NCBI RefSeq assembly: GCF_009914755.1
Contig: NC_060927.1
DNA from: the human T2T-CHM13v2.0 reference genome, Homo sapiens
Length of the DNA stretch: 64,000 nucleotides
Direction: 5' to 3' (one strand)
Shown here: positions 63,520 to 64,000 of the stretch, piece after piece
How the letters are laid out: each line of letters begins with the position of its first letter
Position numbering within the stretch: position 1 is the stretch's first letter
Notes under the pieces: model-generated
Told to the model about the DNA's origin: nothing
What the model saw: the letters and a program-made list of their open reading frames with translations, nothing else
Database searches by the model: none
Position numbers and translations under genes: made by a program

Positions 63520-63804
63520 AGCCAGGTGTGGTGGCTCAGGGCTGTAATCCCAACACTTTGGGAGGCCAAGGCAGGAGGATCACTTGAGCCTAGGCATTCC
63601 AGACCAGCCTGGCAACATAGTGAGACCCCATCTCTACAAAAATTTGAAAATCAGACAGATGTGAGGGCACAGACCTGTAGTCCCAGCTACTCAGAAGGCT
63701 GTGGTGGGAGGACTGCTTGAACATGGGAGGTCGAGGCTGCAGGGAGCCATGATCACCACTGCACTCCAGCCTGGGTGACAGAGTGAGACCCTGTCTCAAA
63801 AAAA
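63520..63804 (+). mobile_element. AluJ-like element
   Basis: ggaggatcacttgagcc; gaggtcgaggctgcag. Confidence 0.9.
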
Positions 63805-63844
63805 AGAGATAAAACCACAAGGAACTGCTAGTCCACCAACATGA

Positions 63845-63965
63845 TCATTCACTTATTCATGCAATAAATATTTACTGAGCATCTAATAAGTACTGGGCAC
63901 AAGGTGTTACAGTCATTAAGAACATCCTAGAGAGGACCCTGACATCTACTCATTGAGTCTCACCT
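63845..63965 (-). mobile_element. L2 3' end
   Basis: cattcacttattcatgcaataaatatttactgagcatct. Confidence 0.7.
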
Positions 63966-64000
63966 AACAAACTGGTGGAATTAATACTCACCATAGCATG

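Overview
Primate (very probably human, chr3p25.3) genomic DNA containing the 5' end of SRGAP3 on the minus strand. It holds about 2.1 kb of intron 1, the first coding exon (MSSQTKFKKDKEIIAEYEAQIK, ATG at 2151, GT donor at 2084), a long (CA/TG)-rich 5' UTR and promoter with several upstream ATGs, and about 61 kb of upstream, transposon-dense DNA. That upstream DNA includes a full-length but inactivated L1PA7-like LINE-1 with intact TSDs nested in MER3, truncated L1PA/L1MB/L1ME copies, about 30 Alu-derived elements, MaLR and ERV solo LTRs (MST, THE1, MLT1, MER50, MER31, LTR16/33-like), hAT DNA transposon fossils (Charlie1, MER1B, MER3, MER5A, MER20, MER91) and a ~780-bp (CAC/CAT)n repeat. Nearly all ORFs in the track are repeat artefacts or LINE-1 remnants. 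I found no evidence for a new protein-coding system. The best leads are regulatory or structural: RFX X-boxes in unique-sequence islands, a CTCF motif oriented toward SRGAP3, uORFs in the leader, a 160-bp local duplication with splice signals, an orphan insert in Charlie1, and repair scars in the L1. Repeat subfamily names come from recalled consensus sequences, and boundaries without TSDs are approximate.
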